Shown one piece after another: positions 29,227 through 43,065 of a stretch of DNA of 64,000 nt; the stretch's first letter is position 1, and every line of letters begins with the position of its first letter. Made by a program: the position numbers and the translations under genes. The notes below the pieces were generated by a model. The model worked only from the letters and a program-made list of their open reading frames with translations, was not told where the DNA came from and did no database searches. The DNA comes from Chrysomallon squamiferum (taxonomy: Eukaryota; Animalia; Mollusca), in contig CM022665.1 in the NCBI GenBank assembly GCA_012295275.1, positions 22,010,001-22,074,000 of the forward strand. Direction: 5' to 3'.

Positions 29227-30463
29227 GTTTTTCTTTGTTTGTTTGTTCGTTTGCTTTTATTATTTTCATTTTTCTTAACCCAAATACACCAAAGAGATAG
29301 AACAGCATTGTAGTCTATTTGGAATTAAAAAATAAATTAAAAACTTTTCAAAACTGATGTTCACTGATGGGTCTTTATAGTTAGCTTGTTTAAAATAATA
29401 ATATTCTAACAAGAAAGATATTACTACAAATGTACAGAAAACTTTTTGTGGCCTTATGTTATCAACAAATATCTATGCAGTAGCTTTCTAAAATAGTGTT
29501 CCATGTTAAAACTTGAGTACTTTGAAAACTACCCATTTTGCAGTGATTTTAACCGATCTTTGATGTATTTAAGACAGAAATTTTATTGTCACATCAAAAT
29601 CTTGGACAAAAACAATTTAAAAATAAGATTGAAAGCCTACTTGTTAATTATTTTGGATTGTAATGTATCAACAACTATAATTCTTTTAATGTGCTATTAG
29701 CCTATTTACCAAAATTAATTTTGGATTATTTTTATTCTTTTCTGTTTACATCTTAAAGGTTAGATTAAAAAATGGCTGAATAAATTTTCTGCAAATATTT
29801 TAATATACCATTATATAACATGTATTTAAAATTTCAGTTTTATGATTACCTGAAGCATTGTAAAACTTGGGTTGTTCGACCCAAAAAATAATTTATCATT
29901 GTCTGCAGGCTTTTTTTTTTAAATTTTACGTATGGAAGGGGACCTGAAAGTGAAAAAGTATGTTTAAATCAGACATATTGTTCTGTGTTGCATAAACCAT
30001 ATGACTGAGTTTCATTGGAAACTGCCAGTTATTTCTTGTTAAGAATTAATGACAGACTGTAACAGTTTGTAAATATGTATAAATATAATGTCAGATATAA
30101 TTAGATTGCTGACTTAAATAAATACCTTTGTCTTTGTATCTCAAAAAATAGGCAAAGCCTTTGGCATTGTAGAAGCTGTCCATAATACTTTGTTTTTCAT
30201 AATTGTCTTCTGCAAACATGAGATATCTAATTACACTTCTCCTTTTTCAGAACTGTTTTTTTTAATTATTTTTTTTAAAATATATTATTATTATTTTTTT
30301 ATGACACACAAAACCATTGTTCATATTGAACAGCTGTTTTGTTGCTTTAGACATATTATTTAAACAAACAAAAAATTAAAAAAATAAAAATTTCAGTATT
30401 GTATTTTTCAGCTTGGTTTGACAAATATCACTTCTGTAATATTATTTTCTTCAGGTTATTTAA

Positions 30464-30501
<38 letters not shown>

Positions 30502-33500
30502 CTTCAATTTATTTTTAAATTCAACAAAAAAAAGGTAATGGCTGAAACAGATCCATTTGAGTTAACATGCATACATATTATTATTTTTTTTAAAGTAACA
30601 AAATGTCTTGCTTTATTACAGAGAATTATTATTTTTCTACTTATAAAGCACATTTTGGCAGTAACTGATTGTGTATTTTGAAAATGTAAAATATTACTTT
30701 AGATGAGAATCCCTAACTTGTATTTTTATTAAAATATATCAACTTCAGTGTATTTGTCTTTGTACCTACCTGTATGTAATTTTTGTAAACATTAATCACA
30801 TAGAAAATTTCACTTATTTAGTTTTTTTAATTAGATGGTTAAATATGAATTTGCAGAACAAATTTTACTGTATTTATTTTTAAATTTTTTTTTTTTTTTT
30901 TTTTTTTTTTGATATTTTTAAATTGTAGTTGTGTTGTGAAAATTGAATCATTGTTTATTAAATGAAATCCAGTTTTAGGATATTAAATTTGCACTGACAG
31001 TACTGATGTTGAAAGTATTAACAATGGTTACAGTTGTATTTGGCTCACATGCCAGCATAATGGAAATAGCTTTCTTTCTTTACTTTCCTCATAGATGTTT
31101 ATTAAACTTTTACCTAATTATTAATTATTATTTGTTACTTCTGATAAAAACCATTATTTGTTAAAAGGCATTTTTTCGTGAACATGTTTATTAGTTTATA
31201 AGAGTGTTGTTTGATTATATGTTTTTTTTGGTGTTTTTTTGTTTGTTGTATTAATAATAATTTTTTAAAGTTCCATATTGCTCATTGCTAAAAACTGTTG
31301 ATGTGTTTCTCCCAGTGCATGTTATCCTTACACCAAATTTATAAACTGTTTTATTTTTTTGTGCCTTCAGCTTTTAGATGTGCTCTATCATAATTGTTAC
31401 TTACTGGTATTTAACATGAAATTAGATATTGTTTTTTCATATAGTTTAAAAAAATATATATAATTATTTATTTGAAGTTGCAGATATAGAACTAATTAAT
31501 ATTTGTTTTGATACTTTAAATCTTTTAGTTACATTTCTACTAGAAGTTAAATTATTGGGACAAAAAAACAATAAATAAAAAAAAACCATAATAAATAAAT
31601 AAATAGTGTCAATTTATCTGAAATTTTGGAAATTCCATAAATGTAAGAAAAACAAAAGACAAATATTTTGTTTTTACTGTCATGTTATCCATCACTTGAA
31701 TAATCTGTAGCTCAGAGACTGGTTTTTTTGTTTCGAAAAAGACATCACAAATCATGTTTTGTAAATTGTATTTTGATGTATTTCATTATAATATTAATTC
31801 TAACTTCATGCATTTGTTATACATATAAAACAAATTCCTTTTTTGGATGTTCTTACTGGGCATGCGAGTCATGGCAGCCATTAGTATCATAACATTTTTC
31901 TACAAATTTATAGAAAATGTTTTTTTCTTTCCCCATTATCATAGCATTTAGATTATATAAATATATATATTTACAGCATTTGAAGCTGACACTGATATTC
32001 AGATTTTTCATATTAAACTTTTTGTATTTAGATTGTGAAATTTGTTGTGGTGGATAGAAACCAAAAACAGTTACCATATTTACTTACAGATCATTTATTC
32101 ATTCTTTGTGGCAAATGTTCCAGACAAGTTACTAGAATATTAATTTATTATATCTAATTCACATCATTTAGATTGATGGTTTACCTTTTGCACCTTACAT
32201 AATTATATATTCAATATTTAATATTACTTTGTGTTTATTATTATCTTCATAGTTTTTAAAATAAATGTTTGCATATATATGTATGGCTAAGCTACATTTG
32301 ACCGATATATGTTAAAAAGCCAGGAAAATCTACCGATAAAAGAAAACTAATAAAACATAGAGTGTGCATAAGATAAAGAGTTCATTCATATACATATGCA
32401 TACACAGTGGTTTGAATACTGAAATGATTTTTCATATTCACAGTAGTTGTTTTGAAACAAAATGGACTTTCTGTTATACTGAACAATTTTATTAGTATCA
32501 TTATTATTATTATTTTAAATTCTTTTTTAGACTTGTGAGACATAAAACAGCTCCAGTTTTGTAGATGAATATTGTAAACATGTTTTCTTTGTTTGCTTCC
32601 ACAGAAAGTGTTACTTGAACATTTTTACAGTTTTAACATTTCCATAGTGTGGTTTAACGTTTGAAATTTTTTATTTTCTTTGAAAGTTGAAAATAGTTTA
32701 TTTTCAGTATGTAAATAGAAACAACTTTTGTTTTTGTTTTTTGTTTTGTTTGGGTTTTATTTTATTTTATTTTTTAGGAAAAAAAAAAAATGTAGTTTTA
32801 CAGTGACATGAGAATAGTAATACACATAACATCTCTTGGATTGCATTTATTCATAATAATTTTATTTCATGTTTGTTAGTGACCAACATTTGTAAGATTT
32901 TATTCTGAATACCTATGCAATGCATGTCTACTGTCCCAACAGAAATAGTTTGTGCTGGTAACATACCTACACCATGTTATAATGTTAACACTGATTTTCA
33001 TTGCATTAGACTGAAGGGAAACAAAAAAAATGAATTTTTGTTTGCATTACTATTAAATAACTTTCAGAAAATAAAAATAATGGAATAAAGACTAAAATGG
33101 AATAACAATGACCTGTTTGAAGTTAAATAAATAAACAGTAATAGAAATGATACTAATTATATCAAATATTTTACGTGGTTTTTTAAATATTATTTTGATC
33201 ATGCAGTCTTGACTTAAGAAAATGGTTACACACATTCAGATTTGTATTAATAAGATAACACATTTTCTCAGTTCAGATGTTTTTTTGATGGTGATGATTT
33301 TAGAAAGAAAAACATTAAAATGCCATATTATGGATTATGCTATATCTCATAAATAAGCACACATAATGTTCTAAATGAAGATTTGTATAGTACAAAATGT
33401 AAAAGATATTTGTAAAAGTAATAATAATACAAATAAAGTATGTGTGAATCTAGCTGTATTTGTAGGTTTATGTTTATGCTCAACCTGACAGCCTTTTTGT

Positions 33501-33829
33501 TTAGTTGTCTAGTGGTCAGTTACTGTGTAATGCTTAGTACATCAACAGTGGCTTATTACTGAATTAGTCTTTTTGAGTTTGATCCGACAAATGTTCCTAT
33601 TAATTGTAATTAGAAGTCTGGCTCTGAGTAATATAATAATAATAATAAGAAGAAGAAGAAATAAAAATTAAAAAATAATAAATAAATGAAATAAAATGTT
33701 ATATTAAAAGTATTATACTGAAGAAGAATTATGCATATAGCATTTTCCTTATTAGTTATTATATCCATAATAATGTATTATTCATATTTGTGGTTTCAGT
33801 TTATAGCACTGATGACACTTAATTGAAAA

Positions 33830-33863
<34 letters not shown>

Positions 33864-34879
33864 ATAACTTAATGTACTTTTTTTGTTTGAAAGTATAAAA
33901 CATTTTTATTTTCATTTCTTTTTTAATTACAGACATATATCTTTGTTTAATTAGCATATCATAACCAAATGGGTAGTAGATATTTTTTGTGTATCTGTGT
34001 AGTTGCAGTAATTGTGACTGCAGAAATTGTTTATACAAGAATGCATAATCAAGCCTGAATACAACTATGGCCGAGTGTTCTTACTTGCTTCTAGTGCTGA
34101 ACATATATACTTGTGTATATATATGTGCTAGTGGACACCAGTTATAGAAACAAAAAGGTGCTTTTCCTTGTTACTGAATGTTTTTGTTCTTTTTGTTCTT
34201 TCTCTTTCTCTCGTTTCTTCCCCTGTAAAGACTTATCTCTAAATCACTTGTTGTATTAAAGCAAGAAATAAATATTCTTGTAAAATTATGTTGACATTTG
34301 TTGTTTTTCACCTGAAATAGTACTGTTTTAATTTTTCCTATTTAGTCGATCATGCTGATTGTTCTGAAAGTTATCCACATATGATCAGAATGCTATCAGA
34401 TCAATTTTTATATGTAATGATTTTCTTTTTTTCAATTGATTTTTTAAAAAATAGTCTAGAAACCTATATTTAGTGTTTGTTATTGAATAAATTTAGAATT
34501 TTGGAAATAAATATATTAGCAGGCAAATAAATTCAGCCATCTACTGATAACTGCTATTTACAGTTCTGAAATAAACATCCAGTAAAAATTGACAATGCAT
34601 TTAAATATTTAGATTATACTGGCATAATGATGCTCTATGTCAAACACACATCAATAGACTTTTATATTAATACTGAAGTGGTAGGTAAGAAAGTTTTGTT
34701 ACGGCTTCAGGCATTTCCATTTCTAATAGTTTGATTTAAACGTTTGTATTTAAAGAAGCCAGTATTAACACTGACACGCCTACATATACATTGTAAAATT
34801 TTAAAATTTACGTTGCTCTTAATCACACAAAACAAGACAGAGTGAGGAACATTATTTCCACTATTGCCAAACCCCACCA

Positions 34880-35535
34880 AGTGTTGGTGGGTTCCCCCTT
34901 TGTTAAGGGGAGGCACCAATGACGATGTAAGTTTTCCATGACAAGTTTGTATTCTCCAATTCTTAGTGCAGAGAAGTTTGCAGTTGGATCAGGATTTCTT
35001 TTCTGACAGGGTCTCCTTTGGCTGATAACATGTCCCACATACTGTAACCATAAAGATCTCCTAGACTCGAATGTCACCCGCCAGCAGAATGATAAAGTGT
35101 TGGTAACCAGTCAGTAACATGCATACGGTTTCCCCGAGTGTTCTAGGAGGTATTAAGAAGTTTACTAGAGACAAATCCGGTGCCTCAAACGCAACCCTCC
35201 CATATCGTGTTCTTCAAGGCTCAAGAAAAAAAAAAAATAATAATAATAATAATGAATGAATACATTAATTTAAAAAAAAACAAAAAAAAGAAAAAAAAAA
35301 ATAATTGAAAATATATATACTGAAATGTTTAATATTTATAACGTAAAATAATGTAATACAATACAGTAAGGTAATGTAATACAATAATATAATTATAGGA
35401 AATAGAAGGGATTAAAAAAGACGGGGAAAAAAGCAAATAACATTCAACCCCTCCCCTCAAAAAAGAACGACAACAAAAAAAAGAAAAGAAAAAAAAAGAA
35501 CAAAAAAAAAAGACGTGATCGTATGTGTGAATGTA

Positions 35536-35578
<43 letters not shown>

Positions 35579-36271
35579 GAACTACTACTACTACTAATAA
35601 TAATAAACAAGAGAGAGAGAAACAAATCAAACAGCAGCAAATAATAATAAAGCAAATTAAGAAACCACAACCAGAACATCAAAGACAACAATTATAAAGA
35701 AGACCGTATTAATTTAATTAGTTTATAGTAATACTTATTTATTTAACCTTGCTTTTCTTCTACGAACGTGTACGTACCTTAGACTGACTGTGTGATTTGA
35801 TAAAAACGTTCTACCTCAGCTGTGAAACAATCTGTAGAATATTTTTCCTTCATATCCCAGACCGGGTCCAAATTTTTATTCAGGTCTAAGCCCCAAAATC
35901 CCTGTAAAACAATAATTTGAAAACGGTTCAGAGTGTTCGATACTAGATAACAGCGTTATAATATTTAAAATCGAATCATTCACAGTGATGGTAAAATTAC
36001 AGACAGAAGAATTATAGTTAAATAATGATTGTGAAAATAACAGTTGAAAAACAGTATTAATGAAAATGTTATAAAAAGCATTTGAAATATATATGTGCAA
36101 TATTTATTTAGGTTAATGTTAATTTCAAATAAAATTTCACATAACATGTATATGTTTATAATAAATCCTTTCTATTTATTAAGAGCGCGCCCTTACGTTT
36201 TGTTTTAATAATATTTTTTTAAATTTAATTTTTTTTTTAATTAGTTCAATCATGTATTATATATTTAAATA

Positions 36272-36308
<37 letters not shown>

Positions 36309-36339
36309 GAAATAAATTAATTAAATAAAAAATTATTAA

Positions 36340-36370
<31 letters not shown>

Positions 36371-37148
36371 AATATGTATTTATTTTACCAATATCATTTA
36401 TTTACTCATTAGAAACGAATGAATGAATAAAATGTATTATACTGAAGGATTAGCATATAGATAAAATAGAAAATAAAGAAAAGAATAACAGAAATCTAAA
36501 ATAGAAATAAATAAATTATAAAAATTAAAATAGAGCAGTGTAGAATAGATTAGAATCACACACACACACACATACACTAGAAGAATATAGAAAAAAGGTC
36601 GAAATAGCCAGAGTAATACCAAAATGAGAATCGAAACCGCGACTCGTTGGAAGAAAGGCTTTTGTATAGAATCCAAGTAATTTGTACAATACCCACGATT
36701 TGTTAATTGGTTCTAGGTATAAAAATACTAATAATAAATAAATAAAAAATAATAAAATAAAATAAAATAAAATAAAATAAAATAAAATAAAATAAAATAA
36801 ATTAAATTAAAAACTAAAATAAATAAATAAATAAATAAATAATTTTAAAAAGTAAAAAGTAATAAAATTTTGTTTTATTATTATTATTATTATTATTCTA
36901 TAGATTAAATAATTTTTTTTTTTTTTAAAAACCCAACTACTTAGTGTTCATACTGATTAGGAGAAAAGAATCTTTTATATCATCATTCGACAAAAGAAAG
37001 AATTTGTTTATACTTTGGTAATGTTGTTCACAAGCTTTGAGAAATCAGTTACAAATATGAAGGTAAAAACATGGAAAAAGAAAAATATAATTTTTAAGTG
37101 AAATAGTCCTAATTATTCCGAATTACAGTACAAATAAATACATAAATA

Positions 37149-37179
<31 letters not shown>

Positions 37180-37365
37180 AATTCTTTTTTCTTTCTTTTT
37201 GAATTTTTTATTTTTTGAAGAACCATATGTTATGTAAAATAGATAAATCAAATGTAAACTACCAGATCATCTGCTATAATAAAAGCAACATGCGGACGTG
37301 GAAGTTTGGCTAACAACAGTATATTGCCAGTTATTAGTGTGTGTTAATAACAAAGACTTCATCAT
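34880..37365 (-). pseudogene. Decayed, unprocessed arylsulfatase B/I/J-like pseudogene
   Basis: Four collinear exon remnants. 37263-37365: MMKSLLLT, frameshift, LITGNILLLAKLPRPHVAFIIADDL. About 36580-36720: GYCT, VGKWH missing, LGFYTKAFLPTSRGFDSHFG, frameshift, YYSGYFD. 35778-35901 (ag/gt flanked): GFWGLDLNKNLDPVWDMKEKYSTDCFTAEVERF, +1 frameshift, IKSHSQSK. About 34880-35213: KNTIWEGCV*GTGFVSSKLL...MHVTDWLPTLYHSAGG*, then GDLYGYSMWDMLSAKGDPVRKEIL, then NPDPTANFSALRIGEYKLV. No catalytic CxPxR exon was found. Confidence 0.85.
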
Positions 37366-37611
37366 CTAAAATTAAAAAAAACAAATATACAGTAGATAGT
37401 ATTTGAATATGTAGACCTTAAATCATTTAAATTTGGGTGCACGCATATGTACTAAGATAATTTTGTGATAGATAATGAAATCTGTCTCTTTCTTCAAACA
37501 CACACATGGACACACGCACACACACATATGAAACAGAAAGACAGAGAGAGAATTACAGCATCTTTTATCGTTCTTAATACATCATTTTTTTATTGTTTAT
37601 TTTAAAACTTC

Positions 37612-37642
<31 letters not shown>

Positions 37643-39058
37643 TTTTTTTTTTTTTAAATGTTTTTCTTGTAGAACTATACAGATAAATATTTAGTAAATA
37701 TATATATATTATTATTATTATTACTATTATTATTATTTTTTTAAGTATTGTTATTGAAAAAGCTAAATATTCCTGATTACACAAGACACGAGTTTTTATT
37801 TTAACATTTATAAATTTAAAAAGAGCACCTGCTTCAATTCCACTGATACGGTCGTGTAATAATTCCAAAGCTATAGAGATTTGACCTCGCCTGACTGTAG
37901 AAAATAACTAGAACATATAAATCAAAGACAATGTTAAACACATTCTTTTTAACATGGTAGTTGTTTTAAGACGTATTATATCTAATTAAAATAACAAAGG
38001 CGACTTTTAATTAATTTGCTTTTAACCTTTTGATCTGGTTAGTCAAGCACCGCCTACCGTATCGCTATTTAAGAAATGTAACTTTGTTCATCTGTAACAA
38101 TTATATGTGTAAGAGTTGTGTCCCTTATTCTTAATTAACTCCGGCAGTTATAATAACGCGAAAAGGTTAAGAATATTAAAATAAAATAAAATAAGATCAC
38201 TCAGAAGAAACAGAGTTATCGATATTTCTACAAAGAATTTGTAATTTGTTTTTGGGTAATATCTTCCTTTAAGGTGTGTATCCTTTATAACATTTGATTA
38301 AACATTTATAACATTTGATATATACTGACACAAATAAAATAAAATAAAGTAAAGTAAAATAATAACGATAATAAAATAAATCAGGACATACCGACACCAT
38401 TTATTGTACTAGATAAAACGCCAGTTAATATTCAATACATTTTTTACAACTTTGTTGAAAAGAAACAATACAAACCATCACAATTTACAGAATTTAAAAA
38501 AAAGGTATTATTTAACAAATCAGGCTAATCTATGCATATATAATATACATAAATATAAATATAAAATAAGCAAGCATTTGTATAACACAACAAACACTTA
38601 TACAAACATACATACATACATACATGCATAAACAATATATACATACGTATATACTTACGTACGAGCGTACATACAAACATAAGCATGCATACATGCATAT
38701 AATAACTAATTTACATATGCACATACAGATTCATTTATAAATATCAGCACATTTATAGGCGAAACATACATGTAGGTATTATTTTCTTTAACAGATACAT
38801 GAAATCTCAGTTACGGTTATAAACACTCATAATTTTGCATATTTAATTATAAATAAATAAATAAATAAATGATATAACATCAACCACAGCATCAACAACA
38901 ACAATAACAAAAAGTGTTCTGTTACTCTACAAAAAGTGAGTGACCTGTAATAATGAATGCATATATAAATAAATAATAACAGACGTTCAGTACATCTATT
39001 GTTTTTAACAATATGACTAAAGTCTGAAAACATATTTTTATCAAATCAGTAACATTAA

Positions 39059-39109
<51 letters not shown>

Positions 39110-39229
39110 AATAAATAAATAATAAAAACTATTCCTAATAAATTGATTTAATTTTACTTTATTTTTATTTTTACTTTTATTTTTATGTATTTATTTGTTT
39201 ATTTTATTATTATTATTTTTTTATCTACA

Positions 39230-39291
<62 letters not shown>

Positions 39292-39380
39292 TTCAATTTC
39301 GTATTTGTAAAAAGATAATCTACTGTTTTTATACGAAAAAATATATGAAACAAATATCCAGTCTATTATAATAATAATAA

Positions 39381-39411
<31 letters not shown>

Positions 39412-39830
39412 AAGAAGAAGAAAAAAAGAGAGAAAGAATGAAAGAAATGGATGATTTAACTTCATTATTATTATTATTATTATTATTAATTTTGTTTGGA
39501 TCATTTAACAGCACCATCCTGTGTAAGTCTATAAATTCTCGTTTTATAACTGAAAACTGTGGAGAGTTCGCGATGTCAAATTGTAAGGGAGATAAATCGT
39601 TTAAAGTAACGTCATCCGTTAAAAATCACAACAGTGATGAACGAAATGCTAGCGAAACGAATAACCTCTTCCGGGTTCAGTTACAGAAATCGGCTGTAGA
39701 CATCATAAATTTTACACAAACAAGACATAAGTGATTTTTGGAGGCTTAATGCTATATATATTTATGTAGAATTATTATATTTCTTTTTTCTATTTATAAA
39801 TATATATTTTAAAGATATTATATATATATA

Positions 39831-39874
<44 letters not shown>

Positions 39875-40130
39875 GAGTGTCCGATTAACTCTAAGAATCC
39901 TTAGCGTTTAAACAGTTTTCCTTTTAAACATGTATTTCGGCAGCAGAAATTAAAACTTTCAAGAAATATTGAAGAAAAATGTTTAGCAGACTCTTCTTTC
40001 TTCTTTAAATCCACCGGGATTTCACAACGTTTATAATGTTATTACAGTTTTTCTCTTTTTGTTAGAAAAAAATAATTCTCAAAGAATTAGTCGTTCTTAG
40101 TAGATTAATTCTGTTTCACATTCCATCGAT

Positions 40131-40308
40131 TCAAACATGGCTGTGGTGACTGAAATTAAATAATAATAATAATAATGTTATTATTTTCTGTTGTTGTTGT
40201 TATTATTATTAACTACATTACACATATTAATTCACTAACTTTATTTTCTTGTTCTCTGTTTTGTGTATAAATACATTAAAAGAAAATAAACAAAAAATCC
40301 CGTCGATC

Positions 40309-40387
<79 letters not shown>

Positions 40388-41085
40388 AATAAATATACTT
40401 ACATTTGAAAAGGACGTGGTTGTACTGTTGCCAGTCTGCGATAATGATATCCGTTCTCGTCAACTGAATAAACAACAACAGTGATAAGAATAACAATCAA
40501 ATCAGTTATGATAGGTATGACAAACACACGCACACACACACACACGCACACACACATACATTTGCTGAGCTATTTGTACTAGTCCATATTATTATTATTA
40601 TTATCATTACAATTGTTATTTTTATTACTTTTATTATTATTATTATTATTGTTGTTGTTGTTCTTGTGTTACTTTTGTTGTTCCTTTTATTATTAGTAAT
40701 AGTTTTTGTTTTTGTTATTATAATTATTGCTTTTACTGTTGCCATTGTTTTTTTTTTTGTTTTTTTTGTTGTTGTTGTTACCATCATCATCTAATACTAA
40801 GCTACGAAACCCAAATAATCAAAAATATTATTATTGTTATTGTTATTATTATAAATCATTCCTGTTCTTGTTTTTTGTTGTTTTTATTACTTTTATTATT
40901 ATTATTATTATTATTACTGTTCGTTTGTTGTTCCTATTAATATAGTACTGGTTTTGTTTTTGTTATTATAATCATTATAATTATTGATATTGATATTACT
41001 GTTGTTGTTGTTGTTGTTATTATTATTATCATCATCATCGTTCAATATTGACCTACTAAAACCAAAAATATTATTATCATTACTG

Positions 41086-41117
<32 letters not shown>

Positions 41118-42634
41118 GATTATTAATACTAACCTACTAAAACCAAAACTATTTTGCGTCTTACGCCGTAACTGTTACTGGCCCTGCACATGTAGTGACC
41201 GCTGTCATCAAAAGTTACACGTGAAATCGTCAGCTGATGAAAGTGACGGTTCACACCTCGATCAGAAAGCTGCTTGCCGTTGTTCACGCGAAACCAGCGG
41301 AGATTGACTGGTGCTGAGCCCCCAGCAGAACAGTTTAAAGTTAAGCGCGATCCAACCAACAGCGTCACGTTAAGTGGGTTCACTGTTACGCGTGGGTAGG
41401 AGTCTGTGGAATAAAGATAAAACAGCTTTTAATATTAATTCAGTACGTGCTAATTGTTTAGCTGATATGGCGAATAGAATACTGTTACTGCACAGAGATG
41501 ATAATGATGCCGATAGTTATAATATTGGCAACAGTATTGAAAAAATAAGCAAGAAGATGATAACATCAATTTCGACAAAAACATTCTGACGTATTCAAAA
41601 TATAGCGTTTTAGTAAATAGTTAAGGTACACACCAATTTTTAGAAAAACTTATTAATAAACACAGTTTGGACAAATGTAGAATTATTATTATTATTATTA
41701 TTTTTTTTTTTTAATGAAATTATTATTATTATTTTGCTTTACTGTTTTTTACAATCAAATTTCTTTTTATTTTGCATATCTGTTTTTCTTTTTGCTTATT
41801 TTAATTTATTTTATATTTACATTTATTTTTAATTTAATCATTTTATTTCTATTTTATTTTATTAATATATTTAATATATTTAATTTTGATTTCATTTTTA
41901 ATTTAATTTTAATTTTTATTATTATTAATTTATTTTAATTTTACATTTATTTTTAATTTCATAATTTAATTTTAATTTAATTTTATATTTATTATTTTTT
42001 TAGATTTAATTTTTTTTAAATTATATTTAATTTTAATTTAAAATTTAATATAAATTAATACATTTGTACATTTACTGATTAGTTAAAGGAGTTAATTAAT
42101 GTGTTATGTATATCCCTGCTCTTTAAAAACATAAATATAAAAAATATACTTACTAAGAGGAATTGACATATTCCTTGACCTTAGCCGTATATTTCCGTTA
42201 GTTTCTGTAACAAATATTATTAAATATTGTACTTAGTCATGTATTCACATGAATACATACATACATACATACATACATACATTATACACAAACACACACA
42301 CATATATAATACTCATACACACACACACATACATACATGCATGCACACTTATTTACGTACATACGTATGTATCTACATAATATATATATATATAGAAACG
42401 TAGATATATACATATGTACATACATACACATAAATAAATTCACACACGTACAAATAAACATATTCTTATATATTCACATATACGAATATACCGAAAAAGC
42501 TTTATATTATCTTACTAACTTGCATTCATAAACTCATTTTAAAAAAAAGAATTAAAAAAAAAGAAGGAAATCTACTAACCTGTTTCGTCATCTGAGTCTG
42601 AAAATAAAGAAATATAAATGAAATTGTTTTACTC

Positions 42635-42726
<92 letters not shown>

Positions 42727-43065
42727 GATGGGTATATAGATAAATAGTAAGATAGACTAACAATAGTAAGGTAGTTAAATACACAGTTTGAAAATAGAAA
42801 GTCCTACTGCTACATTTAGCAAACGTTATTAAATAAATGCATATTTACAAATTGTACGTCGGGTACGGTTTCGTGTCTGGCGCTTCGTCAGTTGATCCCA
42901 GAATGTCCGGTGTTTCGAGACACGATCCCATGCGTTCTGGCCCTTCGTGAGGCGTGCCCAGACCTTTTCGTTCTTCGCGAGGCGATCCCAGAACCCATGG
43001 CAGTATGAAGTAACCAGAGAAGAGAACACGATGACGAGGTAGATTACAACAAAATAAATGTTCAT
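40131..43065 (-). CDS. Predicted secreted single-Ig-domain protein (about 211 aa) with N-terminal Trp-containing cationic repeats and a furin site
   Basis: Phase-consistent exons 43065-42849, 42597-42580 (18-nt microexon), 42204-42154, 41403-41134, 40463-40403 and 40149-40131 (TGA), 636 nt in total. Signal peptide MNIYFVVIYLVIVFSSLVTSYCHG. I-set-like Ig: LTLNCSAGG..VNLRWF..LTISRVTFDDSGHYMCRASN. No TM segment in this model. Confidence 0.75.
40311..40384. repeat. (GA)n microsatellite
   Basis: Direct observation. Similar long (GA/TC)n tracts lie at about 42637-42723, 54950-55040, 55369-55458, 56049-56158 and 63701-63837. Confidence 0.95.

Noticed and set aside
34830-35220. Apparent structured ncRNA (hairpins CCCCTT/AAGGGG and CCCACCAA/TTGGTGGG, long-range GAGGCACC/GGTGCCTC); considered as 7SK, telomerase RNA, RNase P/MRP or U3
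   Set aside because: It lacks the diagnostic motifs (no TTAGGG template, no P4 consensus, no U3 box A), and the minus strand is explained by arylsulfatase coding remnants.
37790-37894. Minus-strand exon-like stretch reading LLHDRISGIEAGALF (LRR-like)
   Set aside because: It is a single short match with no partner exons or clear donor, so chance is likely.
41134-41403. Calling the Ig gene vein/neuregulin
   Set aside because: No EGF-domain exon was found downstream; the model ends in a short tail.
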